From: Basidiobolus meristosporus CBS 931.73
Lineage: Eukaryota; Fungi; Basidiobolomycota
Assembly (NCBI GenBank): GCA_002104905.1
Contig: MCFE01000449.1
Span: forward strand, 9,378 to 73,377
DNA: 64,000 nucleotides
Direction: 5' to 3'
The notes beneath the pieces were generated by a model. That model was not told the DNA's origin and made no database searches. It worked only from the letters and a program-made list of their open reading frames with translations. Below are positions 11,025 through 22,743 of the stretch, in pieces (positions within the stretch are counted from its first letter, which is position 1; each line of letters opens with the position of its first letter). A program made the translations under genes and the position numbers.

Positions 11025-12162
11025 CTACTCCGGTATCACCACGTCCGTCATTCGCCACATGTACCAGGATGCGATGCTCCGGTATGGCTTCCAATGCTCC
11101 GCCAGCTCCATCATCTCCTTGGGCGTGGGCAGGTAGGTGTTCCCGGCGAATGCGGATTTCCTCTTGGCGGGGGACAACCCACCCGGCGCCTTCAGCCCAA
11201 AGTGGAGGCTCATGGACTTCCGGACCGCCAGATCTAGCACCGGCAGCACGTCCAATCGGCGCAGATCGAACATGAGGAACATGTCGACGGTCCACTAGTA
11301 TGGAGATCCATCGTCGGTGAGTGGACCAGCCGCTTGCCAATGATACTAACAAACTCCACCTACCGGTCCGATCCCTTTGATGGTGCACAGCGTTTTGGAC
11401 AACGTTTCGTCGTCCATGACTCGGAGTTTGGTATCGTCAATGGTGCCATCCGAGAACTTACTGGCCAAATCTTTAACGTACTCGACCTGAGGAAGCCAAT
11501 GTGAGATGAGGTGGGTGCGTGCGTTACTCGGATTCGACCAGATCACGCCTCACCTTTCTACCGGACAGTCCAGCGCCTCTGAGCTTCTCCACTTCCGTAG
11601 CCAGTACTTTGTGAGGAGATGGGAACTCCAGTTCCATTGGGTCTTCCGTGACTGCGTCCGGATGATAGATCAGGATGAACCTCTTCATAATGGTGGCGGC
11701 AGCTTTACCCGAGATCTGTTGGTAGATTATACTCTTACACAGGGATTTGAACCCGTTCACTTCACCCTTCGCCTGCTCCAAAATCGTGCAATCCCGGTTA
11801 CACCTGCTGATGAATTCCCCCAGCTTGGTGTCCGCCGCGATCAAATGCTTCAAAGCGGGATGCTCCAGGTGTTTTGACTGGACCAGGGGGCCGGTCATGT
11901 ATTTCTCCTGGTCGGTTGGAGCCGAAACTACTGGTACTTGGCAGAAGGTAAGGGGAAATCTCTGAATGGAGCCAGAATCAAAGTGTAATCTACCTTCGGT
12001 GGTCTCTTCCTTGACTGGAAGTGTCATAGCGTGGCTGACCTTCTTCGGGGATACTCTGGAAACGGGGATCGGTTAGAATGGGTGTTGGCGATGCACGCTC
12101 CCGGACCTTCTTGGCAGTTACCTTTTCTTTGTCTGCTTGAATGTGATACTCAACGCGGTCAT
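11025..12162 (-). CDS. MAG1: DNA-3-methyladenine glycosylase (HhH-GPD, Mag1/AlkA family), ~292 aa
   Basis: Exons 12162-12122, 12055-11994, 11936-11554, 11486-11364, 11294-11025. The 57-bp intron 11993-11937 is in frame and only probable. Motifs [17 protein letters not shown], HhH IKGIGPWTVDM, catalytic Asp in LPVLDLAVR, and WKPYRS. Confidence 0.9.
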
Positions 12163-12520
12163 CGGGGCAGACCGATCCCCTTCCTCTTTGACTGCAAGTC
12201 TAGCGCTTCTCCTTACCGCTGCCAATCCTTTCTCTTTCATGGGTGTGGTCCAGAGAAAGAGGCCCGTTTGTTCCAGTGATCCATTTATCTCGAAATTCCG
12301 GACGTGCGAATTACCAATCTCTTTGCATGAGAAAGAGTCACAGGGATGCGCCGCAGCCATGTGCACGTGATTGGGCAGAACCAAACTTTATTTATCTTGG
12401 GTATAAACGATCAAGGTATAGGAAGTGTGACATGCGACATGTGGTATTACTTGCTATTCATAGTAGCACCAAGATAGGAAGCTCAACGCTTACTTGGGAT
12501 AAAACTCTTTCGCAGCAGGG

Positions 12521-14360
12521 TTACTATGGCGAGGGGATGTTAGTCGATGAACCAATGACGCTACCAATGGTACCAACGTGTACCTGTATCAAAGACAATG
12601 GACTCTGTTTATAGCCTCGTACGGAAGTCGGGGGTTTTCTGGTGGCGTTATCAGAAAATTCACTTCCTTGGGTCATGGCAGGTTCAGCCGTGAGTGGTGC
12701 ATCATCCAAGAACTTTGGTGTATCGTGACCTCTTCCATGGCCCTGCCCGTTACAGTTGGCGTACCTGGATCCGTTTCCTTTGATTTTCGTGGCCTCCAAT
12801 CCATCATGCCGCTCCTGATGGCTGCCATGGATCGCTAGCATGGACTGCTTTGTCTCTAGTATATTTTCTTGGCGGTACTCTCTATTCATTTTCAAATATC
12901 CAGCAACCTTTTTGTTGTACAACAGTTGTTGCTTGCTGCTCTCGTCTCCAAACACTTGACGGTCTTCCATGATGTGCGCGACCTGCTGGACCCGTTCCTT
13001 GTCCGATCTCCCCTCTCTGCCAATGGTACCTTTCTCCATGTGTGGCGAGGCCGGCTTCGACATCACCGCATGAAGTGTCTTGTTCGACTCTCTTAAGGCA
13101 TGTTCTAAGGATCTACAGCGGTCTTTGAACCGCGTCAGCTCCGCTTTGACCTGCCCCAGGTCCTGTAGCGAAGAGGATTCCTACAGAGTTGAGCCTGATT
13201 ATTCACCATGAAATCTCGGGCCAGTATCAGCGGAGAACTTACTGAGGTCACATGCTTGTGGCCGTATAATTCATTGGTAATGTCCTGTAGCACGGAGGCC
13301 AACTCCGTAACCTCGAACCCAGCGTCAGTGAGGCTGTTGAGCTCAGTCTGCATTTGGCTGATATTAGATCCAACGATACCAACTATCTACGCACATAGGC
13401 TTACTTTAAGTCGGCTCTTCCATGCTTCCAATCTGGCCGGGGACGCACTGCCAGGGATAGGCGACTTGCTCTACCCATGGTTAAGTACTACGGTCGGGTA
13501 GCAGCATGATGAGCCCACTTACCGTTGTGTCTTTGATGCTACGTTGATTTAGCCTTAAGGAGCATGGTTTAGACCTTGGCCCAACAACAGGAAACAACGA
13601 TGCATACCTAGGTGTACAAGGGGATTTCTCAGCAGGGGGAGCCACATCTCTCGAATGCACGAGAGATTCCCTCAAGATCGAGACTCTGCAGGACACCTTT
13701 TTGAATTCTAATCCAGGAGTTAATTCGGGTTCACCCAGGGATCACTTACTAGCCAGATCCTACCCGATTGCTCCGTTTCCAGGATATCGATCCCGAATTC
13801 CAGGAGATCGCCGTTTCTCAATTCGTGTGGTTGGCTTTCGACCCCTTCGGGGCTCAACCGACGTTCATTGAGATAGGTCCCGTTGCTGGACTTGAGATCC
13901 TTCACGTACACCTAAAACCCTCCTAGTTAACCTCCCGTCCCTATACAATGCAACTGAGGGGAAAAACCTGTCCATTCTCGGACCAGACTTCCGCATGTGT
14001 CCTTGACAACACCTTGCTGTCGAAGTAGCCGTTCTTCGGATCGGGACTGGTTTTGGGTGACACCTGACGGCCGATCTTGATCCTATCGAACAGCTCGAAT
14101 CTCTTGCTCTGGATTGGATTCCACAAGGAGGTCAGCACCAGCGTGGGTGGCAACTCCCTCACGTCGTTCAAACTATAGGTTCGCATGCTTCTTCGAGACA
14201 CTGCCCACGCAAACCGGTTCGTGGTGCAATGGTCAGTATGGGAAACCAGCCGCCCCAGGAAAAATTACCCAAACCTCCACTTACCCCTCTTCCTCGGCGC
14301 CACGTCGAACGAGTCCACATTCTTCTCTCCAAAGATTTTATAGATGGCGATGGTGGACAT
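12521..14360 (-). CDS. FHA-domain coiled-coil protein, Vps64/Far9/Far10/SLMAP-like, ~470 aa
   Basis: Exons 14360-14285, 14200-13968, 13911-13764, 13707-13523, 13470-13405, 13347-13243, 13180-12584, 12523-12521 (introns 52-84 bp, total 1413 nt, in frame). FHA motifs IGRQ, FDSKVLSRTHAEVW, KDLKSSNGTYLN, GDLLEFGIDI, followed by a coiled coil. The 3' end is uncertain. Confidence 0.82.
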
Positions 14361-14994
14361 GATGGGGTTTAGCTAGGTTGTTCAGTTGCGGTACGGTCGG
14401 TTGCAACGAGAGGGTAACTGGGACGTCCGCTGGTGGGATTTTCGTGGAAAACCTTGGGGGCAACAGGTTTAAGGAGTGTTAGGTTGGTTAAAGAGGGTGG
14501 AGTTAGGGTTGAGTTAGGCCAGAAACTGAGGGCTTGACTTGCTCAGAGAACCAAGGTGGTGACCAAAAGGGAGCCTCTCGATTGTTTAATACTCAGACCC
14601 AAGGAGGGAAGTGGGAAAGCGGCTCACGCAAAACGTTTTGGATGTGATGGCAAGCGATCTGGTTGGAAGAATATACAGGAATGCATGAATTGAGGCAAGG
14701 GACTCGTGTTTGGACGATGCTAGGCAAGAGGTTGCATGAATCCAAATGAATTCCTCGAACAAACTGGTTCCCCATGGCTGTCTCATGATAGACATAGATG
14801 ACGACCGGGGTAACGAGCCCAACCATCTAAGACTACTCTTTTGACACACGCACCCACCAGTGACGTAACAGATCAGCTACATTGGAGAAGTTGGGTTTAT
14901 TGTACTGGATATTGTACTGGAAGGATACTAATGAAATGCATGGGTTGGGTTATAATGTGGTATGTGGTAGATCGAGAGCTACAGGTGGGAAAAT

Positions 14995-15186
14995 CTACAA
15001 GTTGTTGACGTTACCAAGATGCTTGCAGGCCTCTTGGACACGCTTGATCATGGACTTTTCAGCCTCGCGGATGAACACACGGGGATCGTAGTACTTCTTG
15101 TTGGGCTTGTCGCTGCCATCGGGGTTACCGATCTGGGTTTGAAGGTATCCCTTCTTGGCCTCGTAGTAGTTCTTGAGACCATCCCA

Positions 15187-15222
<36 letters not shown>

Positions 15223-16071
15223 GATCACTCCGAAGTTGACGGCGGTTTGGATTTCTTGCTCGGTGGATCCGGATCCTCCGTGGAAGACAAAGAAGACTGG
15301 CTTGGTGTTGTCGGTGCCAAGCTTCTCCTTGACGAATTCTTGGTGCTTGCCCAAGAGATCGGGTTGCAAGACAACGTTTCCTGGCTTGTAGACACCGTGG
15401 ACGTTACCGAAGGCGGCGGCAATGGTGAACAGGTCAGTGACGGTGCTGAAGTTGCTATACACATCCCAGATATCTTGGGGTTGGGTGTACAAAGCAGAGT
15501 TCTCAACGCCAGTGTTGTCGACACCATCTTCCTCACCACCAGTGATACCGATCTCCATTTCCAAGAGACAGCCCATGGGAGCAAGGCGCTTGAGGTAGGA
15601 CATGCAGATCTCAATGTTTTCCTCCTTGGATTCCTCGGAGAGATCCAACATGTGGGAGGAGAAAAGAGGTTCGCCGTGCTGCTTGAAGTAGGCTTCATCG
15701 GCCTCAACCATGCCATCGAACCAGGGGAGGAGCTTCTTGGCGCAGTGGTCGGAGTGGATGACAACTGGGATACCATACTCCTTGGCAACAGCACGGACAT
15801 GGTGAGCACCGGCAATGGAGCCTAGGATGGAAGCCTTTTGGCCCTCGTTGCTCAATCCCTTACCGGCATAGTAAGCGGCACCACCATTGGAGAATTGGAT
15901 AATGATGGGGCACTTGTTGTCACGAGCAGCTTCAAGAGCAGCATTGACAGTGCTGGAGGAGGTACAGTTGATGGCAGGGATAGCGAATTTGTTGTCACGT
16001 GCGTAGGTGAAGAGTTTACGAAGGTTGTCACCAGTAACGACACCAGCGGGAACAATGTCAAGGATACCCAT
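14995..16071 (-). CDS. FBA1: Fructose-bisphosphate aldolase class II, 358 aa, intronless
   Basis: ATG 16071 gives MGILDIVPAGVVTG. Motifs HSDHCAKKLLPWFDG, SSHMLDLSEE, EIGITGGEEDGV, FGNVHGVY, FHGGSG, KPNKKYYDPR. Confidence 0.98.
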
Positions 16072-16810
16072 GTTAAAAGAGATTAGAGAGAGAAGTTGCT
16101 TGAAGCTACGGTTGGATTGGAAATTCGAGATCATTATATATACAGTGTCGAGTTGGATCCACCCCAACATATTTCAAGCCATATTACGAGCCCTGTAATA
16201 TGAGAGTAATCCTTCTCTACATGCAGTTGGTGACGGAACCTAGCAAGAGCACCATGATACGTAATCAAATCAATCTAAGAATCAATGGTTTATTGGAACT
16301 GATGGCAAGCCAGGTAGTACAATGTCAATAATGATAAATCACCAGCAACACATTGATGATTAACAGTTAGCTGGTCATTAATCGATTAATCTGGCATGAA
16401 AGCATTACCGAGGATTATTTCCCACGAAGGGTAGCCCCATAGTTTGTCGACGTAGCCGGAACCATGGCAAAATGGTTAAATCCATGTCTACGGAAACCAT
16501 GGTGGTGAAGTTGTAGACCACATAGCATGACTCGACTGCACCTGCCGAGCAAGCATTTTGGGGCGATTTTGAAACCAATGATACAAGGCTGAAACCATTC
16601 TCTCTAAACGATGTAGAGATGATATTTGTCCTAAGATCTTTAACCCCAATCCGATGCCATGCATGCATAGAGTTGCACATGACGGTGGTTTCTTAGTACA
16701 TCAGAAACAATCCATCATTTTCTGTCATCTTCCATGGATTGATGTCTGTTTAACTTACGACGGATTGAAGTTTATTTAACCAGATTTTTAGTTAAGTAGC
16801 TGACCTTTTC

Positions 16811-16828
16811 ATATATATATATATATAT
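16811..16828. repeat. (AT)9 microsatellite in the FBA1/MFS divergent intergenic region; a second (AT)7 at 17556-17569
   Basis: Direct reading of the sequence. Confidence 0.85.
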
Positions 16829-17601
16829 GTAATAGCACTGGCCCACTACTGTCCGATATTTCCCACCTATTCATTATTAACATTCGCCCTTCAGAGCATA
16901 CGCATCCTTGGGGATAAGCTGCATGACGGATTCTTTGGTCCATTTTACGGGCGGGCAAGTTCTCTGTGCGAGTTTGGTGAAGTGGTAGTCGCACGAAAAT
17001 AGACTCATGATATTGAGGTACTAGCAATCTGAGTAACCCATTTACTAACCCTCGGTTTATCCACAAGGTATAAGTCACCTCCCTCGAGTAATGAGTATAA
17101 TTCATGCAATAGTTTAACCTCGAAAAAAGACAAGACACTGGACGATTTAGGATAAATCATTGCCTGTGAGGCTAAGGCATGCTTCGGAGTTGGTGCGACT
17201 CTGGTGGGATTTCGATAAGATAAAGGAAATGAATGTCTACACACATGGAATTGCTGCCACTCGGAGTATCCACTCAAAGAAGAACTGACAGGATCCATAT
17301 ATATGAATCGCTTCTGTTACTTCACCTCAATTTTGCCTAAATGGAGATTTCTTGTCTAGAGTCATCTTATTGATTAATTTAAAGGCGCCACTCAATCTAC
17401 AGTCAAGGTCGAAAGTTTAATTTCGAAACGAACCAAGTGGTGATTTTTACACTGCCTATTTATATTGATCCTTTCTATTGTCGGTCAGACCGGATCACGG
17501 TCCCAAATTAGGCGAAGTTAACGAGAATCCCGATACTGTCAGTCAGATTTTTGTAATATATATATATATTAGACTTTTGTCACCGTGGAAACGCTCAAAC
17601 A

Positions 17602-19241
17602 ATGGAAAAAGAACACAGTTGGGATAAAGAAGCCGAGCGAAGGATAGTGAGAAAGTACGACATTCGTATTCTACCTCTCATTCTTATCCTCTACACTTTT
17701 TCGATTCTTGACCGTATAAACCTGGGTATCTTTTCACCTCCCATATTGCTCGTTGCCAAGCCCGGAAAATAACGCGACTTTCACAGGGAATGCCCGCTTA
17801 TACAACCTAGAGGAGGATTTGAACCTCAAGTCCGGAGAATTTGGGTGGTGTCTCTCCATATTCTTTTTCGGTAAGCCCCGAATCCTAGCTTTACTCTCCG
17901 CTGTTGAAATAATAACTCCTTGGAATGTAGGCTATATCATTTTCGAGATTCCCTCGAACAATTTCCTGAAGCGGGCCCGGCCTTCACGCTGGATTAGTAG
18001 AATCATGGTCAGCTGGGGCATCATTTCCAGCTGTGGGGCCGCTGTGCACAACTTTGGTGGCTTAATGTCGGTCCGGTTCTTTTTGGGCATTGCTGAAGCG
18101 GGGTAAGGATTGGTGCGAAAGTTCACAACGTCCTGCAGTCCATTAACAGGTTCCTCCTTCCCTGACACCAGATTTTTCCCCGGTGTTATATATTACTTCT
18201 CTTTTTGGTACACGCGCAAAGAACAAGCCACCAGAATCGGCTTCCTGTTCGCTATCTCTCTGCTAGCTAGTGGTTTTAGCGGGATCCTGGCCTATGCGAT
18301 CAGCCATATGCACAACAACCTAGGACTCGCCGCCTGGCAGTGGATCTTCCTCATCGAAGGGATTCCTTCCATCGTTTTTGGTATTCTTACCTTGTAGGTA
18401 TCCATTTCACTTCTAGGCCAAGTACATCTCAATGCTCATCTACCGTCTTATATCAAGTTTCATCCTTCCGGATTTCCCCGAGACCGTTAGCTGGCTAACC
18501 GAGGAGGAAAGGGAAATCGCCATCAAGCGCTTGGAAATGGAGGGGACCATCGCATCCGATACCAAGTTCGACCGCGGCCAATTCCTGGCCTCGTTCACAG
18601 ATGTGAATGTCTTACTCTACCTCGTCCTCTACTTTACCGTGTTGACTCCATCTGTGACCCTGTCCATGCTTCTACCCACCATCATCTCTTCTCTGGGCTT
18701 CACCAACGTGACCGCACAGTTGCTGTCCACACCGCCCTACGTGGTCGCCTTTTTCAGCACCATCGCGATCACCCATCACTCGGATAAGATAATGCAGCGT
18801 GGCATCTATATCATGACCTGTGCCACCTGCTGCATCGTCGGATTCATCCTGTTGATCGTACTCAACGGGGCCTGGGTTCTGTACGGGTGTCTGGTGTTCA
18901 TCGCCATCTGCTTGTACGTTTGCATGCCACTTTGTTTCGCGTGGATCTCCAACAACGTGAGGGGCTCTACCAAGGTGGCCACCAGCACCGCCCTGGTGTC
19001 GGCGTTTGGTAACATCGGCGGGGCGGTTGGAGGGCAGTTTTTCCGAGCCGAAGAAGCACCACGATACCAATCGAGTCACATCATCTTCATCTGCCTGCTG
19101 GCGTTGACGGTGATCATCTCCTTCACTCTTCGCATACGATTCAAGCGGGAGAACGATCGGATCGCCCGGCGGGCCTCAGGCCTCTCGAAAGATCTGGAGA
19201 AGTCCGAGTACGGCCAGCTGATGCAAAAGATGGTGTTGTAG
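17602..19241 (+). CDS. MFS transporter, anion:cation symporter (Dal5/Tna1 allantoate/nicotinate permease) family, ~461 aa
   Basis: Exons 17602-17725, 17787-17870, 17931-18102, 18172-18393, 18458-19241 (1386 nt, in frame). Motifs RKYDIRILP, LDRINLGNARL, RFFLGIAEAGFFPG, FWYTRKEQATR, WQWIFLIEGIP, GNIGG, APRY. Substrate not determinable from sequence. Confidence 0.92.
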
Positions 19242-19657
19242 GTAGGGTGAACTCGTGTCAACCTGCACACCACACCATATTCCATCCTATCTCACCATAC
19301 ATCATAGCAACCATCATCACCATCATCACCATCATTCTCATCATCATCATCAAGCATTAGTCACGACTCGAACCAGCATCTTCATCTCAATATTGTAGGA
19401 ACATCTTTTCAATAGGATAAATTACTTGTAATGATTTGCTTTGGACGTAGCATGATCTCGTAGACAAGTGGGGTATATCAGACATCAATTACGGGGGGGG
19501 GACATTAAACATTCGGGGATTATGTCAAAACGGATTAAATTGAGGAAATTCAGTGATGCCGTTATTAGCCAAAACAAAGCGATGCGTGTTCAAATGATCA
19601 AGGCATGAATGGAGGGGGACGGGGACGGGGACAGGTCCGGAGATGAGGATAGGATGA

Positions 19658-21003
19658 TTAGTTGTCCGGAGGGCAATCAGGCTTGCGAATCTTGCCAAGG
19701 GAGATCTTGGAGACGTAGCCTTTGTCGTTGAGGTTCTTGACGAAGATCGCGTTCTCCAACTCCGTCTGACGCACCTTGTCCAGATCGTAGTTCATCATCT
19801 CACTGAAGCTGATGTTGATTCCTCTGGGTGGACGGAGCTTCAGGAGCTGGGTGGTGCGATCGTTGGATCTGGGGAGTCCCAAAAGGGCGGCATAGTCTGG
19901 TCGGTCACAGGCGGCGATCTTCTTCAATAAGTGCTTGTTCCTATGGTTGGGGGACTGGTTCTCCTTGTTATGGGGGAGGGTTCTCTTTCTTCTTCTCTGG
20001 GGGTTGTTGGGCACACTTGGGTTCTGGGTGACGATGGTGGAGCTGGGGCTTGTGGAGTATCGGTAGCAGAGACCGGCCGTGCTAAGAACGCTGCGTACTG
20101 TGACTTGGAATGGGGGTAGGTTGTCATTCGTCGTGGCCCTGCGACCGCCCACCCGGTTGACACCGCTGTAGCTATTGTAGATGGTGGGATGGGCGTTTTG
20201 CCAGTCCGACCAGATCTTGTCGATGAAGGCGTGATGAAGGAAAAAGATGGGGCTAACGAGGAAGGAGGGTTAGTGCTTGGGTTCGATCGTCAGGCGTTTC
20301 GTGGGTGATGTACTTACTCACTAGGACTGGCCATGTACATGAAGTCCCCACCAATGTTGTTGTGCACAGTACCATGTGGCCCTGGCTCGATGTTGTTTCT
20401 CAGTTGATCAAAACTGGATGATGTTCGAATGTAGCTATTAATGGATTCGGGGGAGTAGAAAGCTGAGATCGTGTTCCCCGAGTCCCAGATGCGCTGAAGG
20501 CAGTGGCTGTTGGGAAGCGGAGACCGCCAGTTGGCGAATGGACCCGTAACAAGGCAGTTGTCACTTTTCCTGCCGTTACCGCCAAACCATTTCCAGATGG
20601 GGCTGGTTTCTGGTGCCTGGGAGTCCAGAGTCCAATCCTGTTTAGCCCGCGTTAATTAGAGTAAACCACAACGCAGAGGTGAGAAGTCATCACTTACCCA
20701 ATATGGCAATACCACATTCGGATTGATCTGCTGGAGAGCCAGCTCGAAGTTCTTGATGTACTGGCGATGCCAAGGGAAGAAGGCAGGGGTAGAATGGGCG
20801 TAAGGGACGTAGTTCCAATGAATTGCGACTATCTGGTCGTATCTGCCGCTCTTCTTGAGAGCCTGGACGGCGGAAATAAATGCGTTTCTTTCCGCAGTCG
20901 AGATTTGGCGAATCTCTTTGCGCGTCACAGTTCTCTGGCACTGAGCCGAGGTGCTACTGAAGGAAGCACACGCCAAAACCAGGGCGCAGACGATGAATCT
21001 CAT
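19658..21003 (-). CDS. Secreted tyrosinase / type-3 di-copper oxidase, ~406 aa
   Basis: Exons 21003-20698, 20637-20318, 20252-19658. Signal peptide MRFIVCALVLACASFSSTSA; RKEIR; CuA His residues (AIHW, YAHSTPAFFPWHR); CuB (GPHGTVH, SPSDPIFFLHHAFID); YxY core end (CYRY); RRRKR before the C-terminal domain. Confidence 0.93.
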
Positions 21004-21975
21004 GCTAGAACAAATGAAAAGAAAAACGAAGCGGGATTGATGTTGAACCAACCCCCGGTCGGCCATGTTTATATAGACGACTGGTGCGAGTGACAAGCCG
21101 CTGCAGCAATAATATCGAGCAGGTTTGTTATGTTTGTAATTTTCCTGGAACGAAGAAATCATCATTAGCATTGACACTCTCCCGTACACCCCCACATGAG
21201 TAAATTCGGCAGCGACTACAGTCAAGATAGAGCAAATTAATTTGGAATTAGATGTAACCGGTTCTTGCATTATTGTTTGGTTTAAATGAGCAGTTTTGGC
21301 CGAAGCAGCGCTAAAAATAGAGTCACTTGGGAATATTAACCCTAATATGCCACCCATTATTGCCACTAAATCGTGCTCGTTTGTGGATGAAAGTTAGGAG
21401 ATCTACCTACTCTGGCCAGAAATCATTTGAAAGGTCGAATGGTGTTTGCAGGCGTACATTGTGCTGGTGTATATTAATTGGATACATTAGATGCCTTCCA
21501 GTCAACCCATAAATGGCTGAGTCAAGCAATTCATTGAATTTTCCCGATCTAGGCAACATTAAACAAGGCTCGCTACACATACGCAATATTGTTTGAATTG
21601 AATTTAGTCTGAGCGTGCTACGTGGCTATCTACCCAAGCTCATGTTATCAACCACTGTGTGCCTTGGGAGGGATCGGTAGAACTCTCAATTATTCCCCGG
21701 ATACCTTGGTTTGCTGTACGATCATGCATTGGCCTTATGCTACGTCTGCTGGCGTATTCCAAAGCTCACCTGAAGATTGCGCACAATTGTCTCGTATTTC
21801 TAATCTGCTTAACATCCCGGCAATTGGATTATCCTGCATGAGTTTTGTGGTGGTGACCAGTTTTCCATGAGACCAAGCAATCAACTGATGATTGTAGCAA
21901 GATTCTCCCTGAAAATAGATGGGATTGAGTCAGGTTTATCTTGCTTCGAGTGCTGGATTATTTGATCATTCTGGT

Positions 21976-22019
21976 GACCATTCTGCCGACCATTCTGCCG
22001 ACCATTCTGCCGACCATTC
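21976..22019. repeat. 12-bp tandem repeat (gaccattctgcc) x3.7 in the tyrosinase/PRX-like divergent promoter
   Basis: Units at 21976, 21988, 22000 and partial 22012. Confidence 0.9.
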
Positions 22020-22203
22020 AATCTATCCCCTGGTTTCCTCACCAGTAGGACGTTGATTTACATCATCCATTCATCAAGTTGCGGCTCCCTTCACGAGGAT
22101 TGTTGAACAATCCTGATCACGGGTAAGACCAAAGAAACACCACCCACCCACCAGCCTTGTTTAAATACTCCCCTTGTTTACCAACAGCAGGCATAATTCA
22201 CTC

Positions 22204-22743
22204 ATGTTGCGAAGCTTGCTACACCCGATCTCTCGTCGTTACGCCACCGTCACCCCCTCTATCAAGGTGGGCCAGCAGATCCCTAATATCGCGTTGCAGG
22301 AGGCTGCTCCGTACAACGAAGTCAACGCCTTTGACGCACTAAAGCTTTACGAAAAAGCCCTCGTCCTGGGCTCGCCTGGCGCCTTCAACCCAATCGACTC
22401 CAGAGCTCAAATTCCAAGCTATCTGGATCACATGCATGATCTGGCCTCCTGCGGGGTGGACATGCTGGTCTTCGTATCGGTGAATGACGCGTTTGTGACC
22501 AAGGCCTGGGAGGAGTCCTTCAATGTTGACAGCAGCAAGGTCAGATTCCTTGCCGACCCCAAAGGGGAATTTGTTAGGTCCATCGGGCTCCAAGAGCACT
22601 GCAGCCTCAACACCCAACCGTCGGCCAGAAGATTCGCCATGATCTTGGAAAGAGGGAAGGTGAAGCAACTCTTTGTAGAGCCTGAGAATGGGCTGAGCTG
22701 CAGCTATGCCCCCTCCATTGTTCATCATCTCCACCACGGCTAG
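22204..22743 (+). CDS. Peroxiredoxin-5 (Redoxin)-fold protein lacking the peroxidatic Cys (pseudo-peroxiredoxin), 179 aa, probable mitochondrial presequence
   Basis: Intronless intact ORF. N-terminus MLRSLLHPISRRYAT. PRX5 motifs IKVGQQIP, PGAF, VSVNDAFV..AW, RFLADPKGEF, RRFAMI..GKV, EP..GLSCS. The active-site loop reads PGAFNPIDS instead of PGAFTPxCS. Confidence 0.88.
   Translation: MLRSLLHPISRRYATVTPSIKVGQQIPNIALQEAAPYNEVNAFDALKLYEKALVLGSPGAFNPIDSRAQIPSYLDHMHDLASCGVDMLVFVSVNDAFVTKAWEESFNVDSSKVRFLADPKGEFVRSIGLQEHCSLNTQPSARRFAMILERGKVKQLFVEPENGLSCSYAPSIVHHLHHG

Noticed and set aside
14478-14518. TTAGG/TTAGGG-like words suggesting an interstitial telomere
   Set aside because: Only one exact TTAGGG, non-tandem; it is the complement of a C-rich promoter of the FHA gene.
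15019-16086. Long plus-strand and alternate-frame ORFs (268 aa, 196 aa and others) overlapping FBA1
   Set aside because: Antisense or shifted shadows produced by the strong codon bias of a highly expressed gene; no recognisable motifs.
19612-19640. G-rich GGGGAC repeats as a G-quadruplex
   Set aside because: Only three long G-runs, and the tyrosinase transcript carries the C-rich strand.
20656-21366. 236-aa ORF suggesting a long N-terminal extension of the tyrosinase
   Set aside because: The signal peptide starts at ATG 21003, and a TATA box at ~21068-21075 lies inside the supposed extension.
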